A stretch of DNA of 63,088 bases, filler included, from Nemertoderma westbladi (lineage: Eukaryota; Animalia; Xenacoelomorpha), in NCBI GenBank assembly GCA_032718475.1. It is 4 parts of 4 records of this genome, joined end to end, with 100 filler letters (N's around TTAATTAATTAA, not from the genome) between each part and the next. Parts side by side here need not be neighbours in the genome. Positions count along the whole stretch, not along the records: positions 19,353 to 39,863 come from JAUCBJ010000863.1; positions 39,964 to 54,530 come from JAUCBJ010004418.1; 2 more parts are not named here. One strand, given 5' to 3'. How positions within the stretch are numbered: the stretch's first letter is position 1; each line of letters starts with the position of its first letter. Both the position numbers and the translations under genes were made by a program. Below are positions 36,309 through 47,460 of the stretch, in pieces. Below the pieces are notes generated by a model that saw nothing but the letters and a program-made list of their open reading frames with translations, was not told the DNA's origin and ran no database searches.

Positions 36309-37654
36309 TGTAACTTGTGCTCTTGTTTATTGTTTTGCTTAGAATAGCCTGTCACAGTAACGTGTTCATTTCCGTTGTGGTTTCTAACAGTTGCTGGCTG
36401 CGGTTGTCGGATGTCTAGATATCTTTTATTCCCTTTTTTATGCTACATATATTGTTCGCGCTTTCAGACCTTTGGCAGTTTAACCCGCCAAATTAAGATG
36501 TCTTCTAGATATTAAATCGCTTTTTAGCCTATGACAAGTATTTGATTCACTACACTAGTCGAAACCAATCCGTGCGCGACCATTCACCCGCTGGATATTC
36601 CCGGGAGATTGGGTTCGACGGTTTAATTTTATTGCTATGTAAGCTTAATGTATTATTCGACTGACAGTATTATATAATCTCTGACAATATTATTCACCTT
36701 CGGGAATATTAACAGTTCCTTTAGGACGTGGCGCTTTATCTATATAAACAGAGTTATGACTTAAACTACTCACAACGATATGGCTTAATTATAATTCACA
36801 TATATGGCGCATTCTTTAGGAATTGCTTCTTTAACAGACTCGCTCATACGCAATGCTGCACAATACTGCACACTAATCTGCCAATCTTCACTGATTTTAA
36901 TCACATATAAAAGGAACACGGACTGACTCATGTAGGGTCTATCAAATAACATTAGATTCACTCCAAACCACTTTAACATAAGTCACAATCGTTATTGGTA
37001 ACCTTTCTCTCTTACCTTCGGTATATCAAGAATATTGGGTGTTGGGGTTATTTCTCGTTATTCCAATATAATAATTCATCAACAAATATAATGAATAACC
37101 GACAACAAATAGCAGTATGCAGTATTCACAGATCAATCGTGCCAGTTTGTTTTGATATTTACAGAGTTTAAAGCCAGGTTGTTTGATGCGTAATTGCAGC
37201 CAGTTAAAGGATATATGTCCTTGTAATTAAACCTACTAGTGTTGAGCTAAAAAGCATAAAACATAAAACACTAATAAGCCGTTCTTTCGTGGCTTTGAAA
37301 AACTCGTGACTACTGCTCTATACGAGGATACCAACTCCCTTATTCCACGAAGCTCCCGTTCAACACAGAGAAAGAGCAGTGAGATAGGAAATTTTCAGTT
37401 CAGTACTCTGTGATAGGTCAACATCAAGGATAACTCAAATTCTATTGGGAGATACAAAACAAGGCTATGACGCAACCTCCCTAGGCTTGTTGGCCGATTA
37501 AACAGAGCCCAGATGCCTGCGTACAGCAAATCAGCCAATAAGCTGGTAACTTGCACTATTTTTAGCTGTAGATCACTTTGAGAGTATTCTTAGCGACTGG
37601 GGGGGAACTGGCCAACAAGGCAAACGAATCAGTTATCCCACAAAAGCTTTTACA
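36309..37654 (-). mobile_element. Putative LTR (copy B, 1346 bp)
   Basis: Minus strand: PPT-like ctgggagcgg, then TGTAA...AATAAA-caagagcacaag-TTACA (5-bp inverted termini); 36450-37110 is similar to 26030-26700. Confidence 0.7.
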
Positions 37655-37732
37655 CCGCTCCCAGAAAATGGGATTTAAGTCTATAAAATATACAAAATCA
37701 CAGTTTCTAAAATATAAAAATACTCTAAACAG

Positions 37733-39508
37733 TTAGTCTTTCTTGCGCGGACGGCGTTTACGCAGTTTCTTGAGGCTAGCAAGAGTCCTTTTCTCTTTGG
37801 GGCGAGCCACTTTACGAGGTGGGCTGTAGCTCCTAGGCGAAGGGTGCAATATAATTGCATCAGAAGGTGCAGGGTTACGATCGGTATACCCGCCGGTCGA
37901 GGTACCTGGTTGATTAATATCAACCTCAGTGGAGTGAGGTCTAACGGCCTTTAGAGCGCGTCTCAGGACAGCAGCTCCTACGGGTCCTTGACGGGTCGTC
38001 TGGACACTAGCGGTGGGTAGACCGTGAGTGGTGAGGAACTTTCTCGGTTTAATGGTTCTCTCCAGCTCGCGTTCTCGGGTTCGGTATTCATATGGGCGCC
38101 GAGATACTTCCTGGAGTTCAGGATGCGAGTTCACGAAAATGTCGCCATACTCCGGGTCCTGACGGATAAAATTGATCAGGTGATATGTGGTTATATCATT
38201 AGGGTTAACGTTTCTCAGGTATTTCCTGACAAACTTGGTGGAAATACACTCACCAACACGCTTCATTAACTCGTAACTTGGTACGCGTGTTTTCTGTTCA
38301 ATCGACGCGAATAGATAAGGATGGAACGCGTAAACTCCCTCGTAAGCTCGTCCAGGGTAATAGCGATGTCGGGATTCGCAATGTAAATCGGCGTTCGCTT
38401 CCCAAGCTCGGATGTATCGCAGGGTGATCATCTCGTCTACGCTCTCTAAATCGCGATTAACGGGACAGTTGTAACTTTCGTGTCCTTTAAGTTGGCAGTA
38501 GTGACATTGAGTCATAAATTGTGGGCAGACGGCAAATATATGAGAGTTATTAAGCCGGCAATAAGCACAATATATTTCCATCATCGGTTGTTCGAGGAAA
38601 TAGGAACAAGGTACGCTCGAGTCGAGAGGAGTGAAGTGGTCTCTCGATGCGCATAATCGACAACGTTTTCGGGAAACGTAGTTGGCGTGTCGATAATCGT
38701 ACGCTGTGAGACGCTGTGGACCTTGATACCACTCTATGACATAATCATTGTCACTGCTCCGAGAAGCCGTAGGTTGAATCGCTTCGGATTCCAAGCATAC
38801 TGGTTCATCCTCCAGCTGCATAGACGAAGTTGGTGCGTCGGTTTCCGTAAGTGGACCCACTGTCTGTATTTCCACGACAGAATAACCTGTAGGTATTCGG
38901 GGTCTTTGTATAACAGATGAATGCGAGTTCTGTATACAAACGTCTTGAAACACGGCAAATCCAGCGCTACTCAGTTTCTCCGCAGCTGAGTCTCTAAGAC
39001 TGAGCTTGGTCAGCGCGCGATCTTTGAACTGACTATCGACGTTACGGAACGGAGTCAGAAAGCGCCGGAAACATTCGAAACGTATGAACTTATTGTGTTC
39101 GTCTAACTTGGCGAGTTTAGTTCCAAGTATTAACGGGTGAGCGCGTATGGTACGACTGCACACATCGGCTAGCCAACCGGCAAGTGCTGCGTTTTCAAAG
39201 ATCGTGTATATAGCTAAGGAAGGGCGAAGGGGAACACTCATAAAGCTATATACGGCACCAGGCGCAGTTAATGGTCCATCAAAATATAAACGGGAGTAAT
39301 GATCTCCATATATTTGCTGGTAATTTATAGGATTTCCAACTTTGAAATTCCAACCATATTCTTGAAAGGCAAGATGTCCGATGGATGTCCGTTGTACTTT
39401 AGTAATGCTGCTGGGTGTATTGGCATACATAGTGCGAAAGAAACCTCGGCCTTCGGCCCAAGGAGCAATCAGCTGAGTATCAACGAAAGGGTATGGAATG
39501 TTCTCCAT
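37733..39508 (-). CDS. Copy B of unknown triple-CCHC zinc-knuckle protein (591 aa, basic C-terminus)
   Basis: Open 591-codon frame; CX2CX4HX9C, CX2CX5HX4C, CX2CX4HX4C; tail KKLRKRRPRKKD; many synonymous differences from copy A. Confidence 0.85.
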   Translation of the reverse strand: MENIPYPFVDTQLIAPWAEGRGFFRTMYANTPSSITKVQRTSIGHLAFQEYGWNFKVGNPINYQQIYGDHYSRLYFDGPLTAPGAVYSFMSVPLRPSLAIYTIFENAALAGWLADVCSRTIRAHPLILGTKLAKLDEHNKFIRFECFRRFLTPFRNVDSQFKDRALTKLSLRDSAAEKLSSAGFAVFQDVCIQNSHSSVIQRPRIPTGYSVVEIQTVGPLTETDAPTSSMQLEDEPVCLESEAIQPTASRSSDNDYVIEWYQGPQRLTAYDYRHANYVSRKRCRLCASRDHFTPLDSSVPCSYFLEQPMMEIYCAYCRLNNSHIFAVCPQFMTQCHYCQLKGHESYNCPVNRDLESVDEMITLRYIRAWEANADLHCESRHRYYPGRAYEGVYAFHPYLFASIEQKTRVPSYELMKRVGECISTKFVRKYLRNVNPNDITTYHLINFIRQDPEYGDIFVNSHPELQEVSRRPYEYRTRERELERTIKPRKFLTTHGLPTASVQTTRQGPVGAAVLRRALKAVRPHSTEVDINQPGTSTGGYTDRNPAPSDAIILHPSPRSYSPPRKVARPKEKRTLASLKKLRKRRPRKKD

Positions 39509-39863
39509 ATTCCTGTTGTATGCCTAATATGTCTTCCATTGATGGTAGAGAGCAGGGGAAGACCTATGTCTTGTTCAGAAGTATTCCGAAATACGATCTC
39601 AGTAGGAGGATTGTTACATTCGAGGACTATTTCCAACTGAATTTATCCCCAGTGCGATGAGGTAAACACCAGTTCAAAGATATGTTTGACTCAGTGGTTC
39701 TACATAAGATTTATATCCCCAATCATTAAGGGAGGTGAACAACCAGATTTATGACACATAATGGTACCAGTTGTTCACAAACTATCCGCGTGTCCTTTCA
39801 GTCCTTGTTTCACGGTTGTGGACTTGAGGAAATTAGGAAGTGGTTGATTATCTAATCAAGAAC

Positions 39864-39963
39864 NNNNNNNNNNNNNNNNNNNNNNNNNNNNNNNNNNNNN
39901 NNNNNNNTTAATTAATTAANNNNNNNNNNNNNNNNNNNNNNNNNNNNNNNNNNNNNNNNNNNN
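39864..39963. other. Assembly gap with synthetic linker
   Basis: N run + TTAATTAATTAA. Confidence 0.97.
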
Positions 39964-41438
39964 GACCCCCCCCCCCCCACCCCCCCCTCTAAAATCTACA
40001 AATATTTACGAAAACGTCTGATTTTTTGTTTGTACGTAGGTATCACTTGTCTGGATCCGACCGAAAAAAAAAAATTCGAAAAAATGTACTGGGGTGGTTA
40101 TATTGCAGCACCAAAATTACAAGTAGTGCACAATTTTCACAAAATTTGAAAGTTATATTTTCGGCTAATTATTTTTCAATACAGGTTTTCTGGGGTGCAA
40201 AATACATTGGAAAATATTTAAAAATGATATGATTACTATAAATGGATGTTTAGTCCTCTCTGCGTAGGAAAAAAATGAAAAAAACAAGTAACCAGCACTT
40301 TTCAGTTAGAACACAAAATTTTTAATTCACTTATACGATGCTATAAATTCACATTTTCAGGTTTTCGAGGGCGCTGATTCTAATGGAATACATTTCTAAT
40401 ATGCCAGATCATTGCTACTTGTATGTACCCATCACCAAAAAGTACAAGCTTGCGATGTCCAGTGATGGTTTTATTGATTCCATCGGATTCAGGACCCTCA
40501 TAAACCCGTATAACGCAAGAAACAAGGTGATACTATCTACTTATCAATTTGCATATTTTCCAAAATTTGGTGCTGGCACAATAATTTTCACCCACCGGCG
40601 AAAAATACAAGTTTGAGAACTCTTATGAAATTTTTACTGATTCCATTGAATTCAGAACCATCACAAACCCGTATAACGCAAGAAACAAGGTGACACAATC
40701 AATTGATATATTTGATGGTTTTCAAAATTTGGTGCTAGCACCACATTTTGCACCCACATCCGAAAAATAGAAGTTTGAGATGTCTAGTTCGATAATTATA
40801 TTTTCCATTGAATTCAGAACTGCCATAAACCTCTAAAACGCAAGAAATAAATTGTCACAAGCAATTTTATCTATTGAATGGATTTTCAAAATTTCGTGCT
40901 AGCACAAAAATTTGCACACAGCACCGAAAAATACAAGTTTGATACGCTTGGTGCAACTCGTATATATTTCATCGAATCTAGAACCCCAAAAAACCCCAAT
41001 TGCGTAAAAAACAAGTTTCAAACAATCAATTTACAAAATTGACTTATTTCAAAATTTGGTGCTGGCACCAAAATTTGGCACCCACCGAAAAAAACAAGTT
41101 TGAAATTTCTAAATCAATTTATATGAATTCCATCAAATTTCTAACAAAGTCTAACAAAAAACCGGTGTAAATCAAAAATAGAGATGTTACAATTCATATT
41201 TAATGAAATGTTATTTTCAAAAAACGTCAAAAAAAGTGCCAAAAGTAGGGTTAAAAAATGGTGCTATAACTCGAAAAGTACCCAATATTTTTGAAAACGG
41301 TTTACACTACTAGGAAGACAATAGATTTTTAGGAAAAGTCATAAAATTTCAGATTCCCAACTGCGTTTGTTTCAGAATTATAATAAAAAAACCACGGGGG
41401 GGTCATATTGACCCCCCTCCCCGGGTTTAATAGGGTTA
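39964..41438. mobile_element. Non-autonomous DNA transposon with ~165-bp internal tandem repeats; piggyBac-like end
   Basis: About 4 units containing caaaattt(g/c)gtgct(g/a)gcac at 40561, 40723, 40886, 41050; terminus ggggggtcatattgacccccc...atagggtta. Confidence 0.55.
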
Positions 41439-41510
41439 TGTGACCAAAGCAATTTCTCCATTGCATCTTACAACATATTTTTCTATGGGGTCTGAGTTGG
41501 GGACTTCCCT

Positions 41511-41835
41511 CGTTACTAAAACTCACCTTCTTTAATAAAATCTAATATATTTCTGCCTCTAGGGCCATCATCAGAGTAAACAATTACCGAACTAGACTAC
41601 AATGGACTAACTGACTCATCAATATTAAAAAACCTAATGTAAACCTAATATAAACTTCTACATTCGGTCTTCTCCGACATTAGATTTACTATTGACGTAG
41701 ACGTTTACATAAGGTTTTTTCAATATTGATTAGTCAGTTAGTCCAGTGTAGTCTAGTTCGGTAATTGTTTACTCTGATGATGACCCTAGAGGCATAAATT
41801 ATTAGATTTTATTAAAGAAGATGAACTTTAGTAAC
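41511..41835. repeat. ~325-bp palindrome (~130-bp arms) with a degenerate hammerhead-like motif in each arm
   Basis: catcatcagagtaaacaattaccgaactagactaca / tgtagtctagttcggtaattgtttactctgatgatg. Confidence 0.9.
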
Positions 41836-41986
41836 TTTATAAAATTTATGGAATTATTGGTTTTACCGATATGGTTTTACTTTTTACACATAAGTTGCCA
41901 CATTCAGTGGTATCATGATTAAAGTCCCCTGTCAGTGCAGTGTGATTGCTAATCGGTACTTTGAGATCGAATTTAATTCATTCCAG

Positions 41987-42127
41987 ATATGAGTTCAAGC
42001 ACTATTTCGTAACGGTCGATTTTCCAAATGAAATAATAGACTACAACGATTATATCAACCCAATGAGTCTCATCCGCGATACCCGCAGGGTGGTGCAGGG
42101 TTTTGGCAATAATATTATACTACTGAG
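41987..42127 (+). other. Possible isolated coding exon (YEFKHYFVTVDFPNEIIDYNDYINPMSLIRDTRRVVQGFGNNIILL)
   Basis: ttccag acceptor, ag|gttgtg donor, open frame; its phase does not join cadherin exon 12; parent gene unknown. Confidence 0.3.
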
Positions 42128-42247
42128 GTTGTGCAATTCCTCATTAGTTAAGAGAACAATGAATCTATGCCATAACCCTGTCTTCAGTTAATTGTTGTAT
42201 GATAAAGGGTTTTTACCGCGTAATAAAAATATAAAATATATGAATAG

Positions 42248-42278
42248 GCCAGATGCATTTCGAGCCTTCTTCAGTGGC
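42248..42278 (-). ncRNA. Minimal type I hammerhead ribozyme motif at the Penelope 3' end
   Basis: GCCA CUGAAGA AGGCUC GAAA UGCA UC UGGC: 4-bp stem I, both core boxes, palindromic stem III, UC site; stem II vestigial. Confidence 0.7.
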
Positions 42279-43767
42279 AAAATTATCAAACAATAAAATA
42301 ATTAAAACCAGAACAATAGTATAATTAAAAATAGGTCCAATAATAGCTATTCCGGAATGTACCAGTACATAGTAGTAATCCTAACATGGTAGGCCTACTA
42401 TTTACACCTTCACGCACCAATGTAAAGAACCGTACTACACAAAAGGGTCTATAGGACCCGTTTCCCACACTATTGACCAGTCACCCGCTCCATGCGGGTG
42501 ATGCCGGCCAGACAAGGCAGCAGCCGCAGACTGAACCTCCAAAAACTGCCTACTGGCAAACGGGGTAGCATCAGGCAGTAGGACACACGCTGACTCATTG
42601 GTAGAGGCCTAGCTGCAGGATCTAACAGGCATGCGGCCCCGCGTTCAATCGACCAATGTACTGTACAGTATATGGCGTTTTTTATTATATGGGGGGGGGG
42701 GGGGGGATTACCAGAGGTTGGGAATTACCGAATTGAGAGGAGGTCTGTGGGTGATGATATACACCACACCCACTTCCTTGAGGATTGACATCTGGTGGCT
42801 GTAGAACTGTTCGCACACTGTAAAGCGTAGGTCATTCATGGGGCACTGGTAAAACTGTCGCAACAGCAAAATCTCTGGGGCAGATGTCTCAAACACCCCC
42901 TTTTGCGCGTTTCTAATGGACTGATGGTGCTTATTGAGGCAGTCATTGAGTCTCTGCTCGGTCTGGCTGATGTAGTATTGGCTTGGGTGCTGAGCACACC
43001 AGATACTGTATATTACATTATGCGAGTTACAGTTAAACCTGCCCACTACGGTGTCTCCCCATGGGGCTTTCCGTAAATACGTTATAGAGACGAACACATG
43101 CAGCGTGATGTTAGACAGGTGTGATTACCGAGGTCGAGGGTGGGAGTGTGTTTATGGATTAGCATCTTTCCCAAGTTGATGTTATTGCGTGGAACCGTTT
43201 TTATGTTGAGTCCCACCTCTCTTAGCCGGTTGTTATGCCTCCTGACTACAGGGGCTATGAGAGGGAGGTACTGTGGTGTAGTCACCAAGTATACCGTCTG
43301 TACATTCAATTGTCTTGTCGAAGCATTGGGGGGTCTCAACTGGTACTTATCGGCCTCCCATGCATGCATCTGCAGCATGAAGTTCAACGAGCAGCCCCTG
43401 AGCTTACACCATTCTAGATACTCGTGTCTGAGACAGTGGAAAGTCGAGTCAGAGTCGTGAGTAGTCGGATGCGAAGTATTTGGCCTTGATAACTGCTAGT
43501 AGTGAAGGTTTATGATGAAAGCTACTGTACAGAATCGGTAATTTGTTGGTGGCTGGTTTCCTGTACAGCTTGGTGGTAAGGTTATATGCTCTTGTGTTGA
43601 CAATTAGCTCCAGGTAATTGACACTGTCGTGAGAGAACTCCATGGTGAACTGGATTGAGTTATTCCCATAGAGGTCCCAGCAGGCTGAGTTAAAATCATC
43701 CTTGAAGTCTGAACATTGTTTGTCAGATAACCACTGGTCAAGTATACAAAAACTGTCATCCACAGTA

Positions 43768-44252
43768 CAGGCCACCAGAAAACGCAGATTTGCTCAAATG
43801 TGAACACATTTGATCAAATGTGTACTAGTGTAATGTAATGTTGTTGAACGGGACAATTGAATATAATTGAACATTATTTGAATTGGCAACAACCAAAATT
43901 TTTTCGCCAAAGGATACATTTGAATACTTTTGAAACGCTTAGAAATCTGGAAACTCTCTGTAGTTAGCCGAGAACTGTCACTCACTGCAGCTGGAAATGC
44001 GATAAGGATTTTGTTTACCTTTATAGTGTGCGGTTATAATAGTTTCCAGTAGGCCTATAGTTAGTGATGTTAAGGCATGCACCGCACACAAAGCTTTTGT
44101 CGGTCCCAGCAAGTCAGCCTCGTAAAGTGTGATCTACAAGATAACTCGCCATTGAATTAATGTAGTCAATCAGTTCAAGTCAATCCGATGACTTGAACAA
44201 ATGTGTTCACATGTGATCACATTTGATGAAATCTGCTTTTTGTGGTGGCCTG
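43768..44252. mobile_element. TIR element inserted into the Penelope RT
   Basis: caggccaccagaaaacgcagattt...caaatgtgaacacatttg / caaatgtgttcacatgtg...aaatctgctttttgtggtggcctg; imperfect 7-bp flank duplication cacagta/cactcta. Confidence 0.75.
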
Positions 44253-46778
44253 CACTCTACCAGTGTACAGAAATAGGTGGCCGAGAACAGGGATACTGTC
44301 AGTGCTCTCTTAATAACCCGGTACGATGTAAAAATTGACTGATGTTGTAATGTTGGGTCCTCCACGAGGGACTGCATGGTGGCCTGTAGACCAAGCTCAT
44401 GTGGGATACTGGTAAACATGACTATGACGTCAATGGTTGTTAAAGTGTAACGGTGGCCATTGGTTCTGAGTGGGACTAGCGGGAGTGTTTGTTTTAAGAC
44501 CGATGCAGACTTCAAGTAGGTGTCGGCGACCGTAACTAGAGGTTGCAGGTAGAAGTCATGTTGTTTTCAAAGGCCGGCTTAATCATCACTACCATAACTT
44601 TCCATTAAAGTTTTGGTACCCCTTCCTGGTGGACATGATTCATTCATCCCCCTTCCCCTCACACTCGCAGTACTTCCCCCCCCCCCCCCCCCAACCCCCG
44701 GCGTTTTTATATTTATTACTATCTTATTTTACATACATACTTATAATATATTGATCTATTTATGTCCAGTGATACCTTTGTTTTTATCCATCATACATAC
44801 TTACAATATTTTGTTTTTGATCATGGTAACTCTTATAATATTTTGTTTTTATCTATCATACATGCTTAACATACATACCTTCATCCCTTCCTGTAATAAA
44901 TGCTTAACATACTTACAATATTTTATTTTTTTTACTTCATCTTTGACCTATTCCAAATATTTTACTGTATGCATACGGTGTTTCTTTTGTAATAATTATT
45001 TATTATTTTAACTCGTCGTCCTTAACTTTTTAGGTCCACGTAGCGAGACCTCTGGTATACACTCCGTTGTTGTTGGTGTTGTTGTTGTTAATTTCCACTT
45101 GGTTTTGGCTCCATACGGCATGGTACCGAGTTCAATCCCTTATTCCGGTGAATGTTTTTTGTTGTTGTGAGATTGATAGTAACTCATTTAAAGAGGCATT
45201 TCATGCGTTAGTAGACACAGACCTTTGCGCGATTTCACGCTTGTTACTCATGTCATTCATTTTATATTTTGCCTGATTAATTTGATATAACCGCAATAAT
45301 AAATTATATTATACCAACTTCTATTTACGTGTAATTTTAACCCGAGTTTTTTTTTATCTATTCCAGCCAAACATTTTATTATATTTATATTGTATTTTAT
45401 TTGTCCGATACCTCCTACGTACCTTTTAATTACAACACTATGGTGTTCACTTAGATAGACTTTGATTTTATTTATAATGAACGTACAGTACAATTTCATA
45501 CATTCGAATTTACCTACTGTTATTTTATATTTACCAATTATGTCACTGTTCATTTTATTTATAGTGTGTATGGGCTCGATAAGCAATAGCTTCCTTATGC
45601 CCTATTACCAATAAACCATTAATGCATTATTTTTGAAAGTGGTTTAAAAATAGCATTGGTGTACGAAATAATCGGTCTCCCCTTTGGTATAATGTTGCCA
45701 CAGGGGTGGGTGATCCATGTGGTCTATCCCGTGGTTCCTGTGGTTTATGACCCTTTAATGTAATAAAGATAAATCCGGTACAGTAGGAGCCTGGGAATAA
45801 GTAGGACGCTAGGTCCGGGTTCCTAATGTGTTGTCCATCCAGCAGTGATCGTGAAATTTAGCAGTAGGATCTTTGTAAACTCGTTGTAAGTGTTGGCATC
45901 CCTCAAGATTCGTTTTATCTTGAAGTCCCAATCGTTGATGTCCAGAACGATGGTACTGCCCGTTTTATCTCCTGTTTTATATCCTTGTTCATATGAAGCG
46001 TTTTTAAGCGCCGTGGTGTGTTTACTCGACATGTCGGTTGGTTGCTCCCTAATTAATTTAAACCCTGGCTTGGAAGAAATACTTATACGTATGTCAGTAA
46101 TCGTATTCTTGATGTTACTGTCATCCACCTTGCTGGCAACATATCTCGCATTGTGGTAATAACCCTGTCTAGCAACGATGGAACTGGTGTCTTTACTAGT
46201 AGGAGCCCAACGGCTGTGAAACTCTACATAAATTTATCTCAAATATATTATTATATATATATATATTATATTAATATATTATATACGAACCTGTTTTTAG
46301 ACTGGGTAGTTTTTGTCTAAAGCTGAAGCCGGCAAAAACACGATGGATGTGTGTTTGTATGTATAACCACCAAATGGCTTCAAACCACTTGCATGTACTG
46401 GAAAATTGAAAACGCAACTTATTTGTCAATTATTATTAAGTTGTGGAATAAAAAAATTTTGGAACGATTCGGTGTGCGATATTCGAAATACTTGTGGGTA
46501 GATGAATGGAACATTTTACCAATTTTCATAAGGCTTATGCGTACATTAAATTGGTTGCTTCCGATGTGTTTTATTAGGCTGAGAATGTATTAGGTAGAAA
46601 TAATTAGTATTCTCTATTTTATTTATCTAATACAATAAGACCCCTTTGTGGAATAGACTGTTGGGCCGTTTCCCAGGTTGTGGATACAGGTAACATTTCA
46701 CACATCGCAGTAATTGTGATTATGATTTGTTTGCCTAGGCTACTACTGGGATCGGCATGCTGCATTGCAGATGCATTA

Positions 46779-47460
46779 TTAAGAATGCTGTGCCGGCTTG
46801 ACAAAATTGCACCGCCACAACTCCCTATCACCCATGACATTTGCTAGATCATCCGCATCTTCAAGGCCAGTGTCCTTTAAGATGTGTCTCAAGAAAGTTA
46901 TAGGCTGTCCACCATGCTTATTCACTCCAAGAGGCTGCCAAAGCACAAGATTATGCACTGGCTGGTCCTCGCAGCGAAAGCAATGTCCTGGAAAGCGGAG
47001 GAGTAGTAAAGCTAGTGTCAAGCTTGGGGGAACCAATGAGACACCTCCAATGTTATATAGTGTCTGGTTGGAGATCTGTGCATTGTACTTGACACAGTGA
47101 ACCCGGCGTAGCATTCTTTGCATTCTTTTCTTAGCATTCTGTGCCATGTTTGATAACTCTTCAAATATCCTTCTAAGTGCCAAAATGGGCTCCATGGTCC
47201 CACGACCTTTACGGAACCCATTCTGATTTCCACGGAGCAGTCTCTCAATGGGATCCCTCATGCGATTTAATATAATTCTATTGTATAGCTTTGCAGCAAT
47301 CGAGATCAATGAGATTCCCTGAAAAGAGCCATAGAGTGTTATAGGTTGCCCTTCTTGGGAACTGGTACCAACTTATTTGTTTTCATTTCTTGTGGGACTC
47401 TTGTTGTTCTGTACATGTCTACTATGATGCGATAGATGATTCGTTTAAAGCCATCTTGAT
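46779..47460 (-). pseudogene. RTE-clade LINE fragment (internally deleted RT)
   Basis: SIAAKLYNRIILNR...LLRGNQNGFRKGR...ILALRRI fused to C-terminal LRFPGHCFR...LVLWQP...MGDRELWR. Confidence 0.85.

Larger units (their letters stand above)
42200..46210 (-). mobile_element. Decayed Penelope-like element (RT + GIY-YIG endonuclease), interrupted by insertions
   Basis: GDKTGSTIVLD...ILRDANTY; GRPII-like at ~45670; IDVIVMFTSIPH; VDDSF; VNYLEL...TKLYRKPATN; Cys motif CLTSRCMC; GIY-YIG CNSHNVIYSIWC...YYISQTEQRLNDCLNKH; multiple stops and frameshifts. Confidence 0.88.

Noticed and set aside
36785-36979. Small conserved ORF inside the LTR (KWF.VNLMLF...QISVQYCAAL)
   Set aside because: Open in both copies, but differences are largely non-synonymous and the start is not conserved; explained by nucleotide similarity.
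37733-39508. Env or standard BEL/Gypsy Gag
   Set aside because: No signal peptide or TM helix; knuckle spacing differs from BEL Gag; no protease or RT follows; the ORF lies directly before the PPT. A divergent Gag is not fully excluded.
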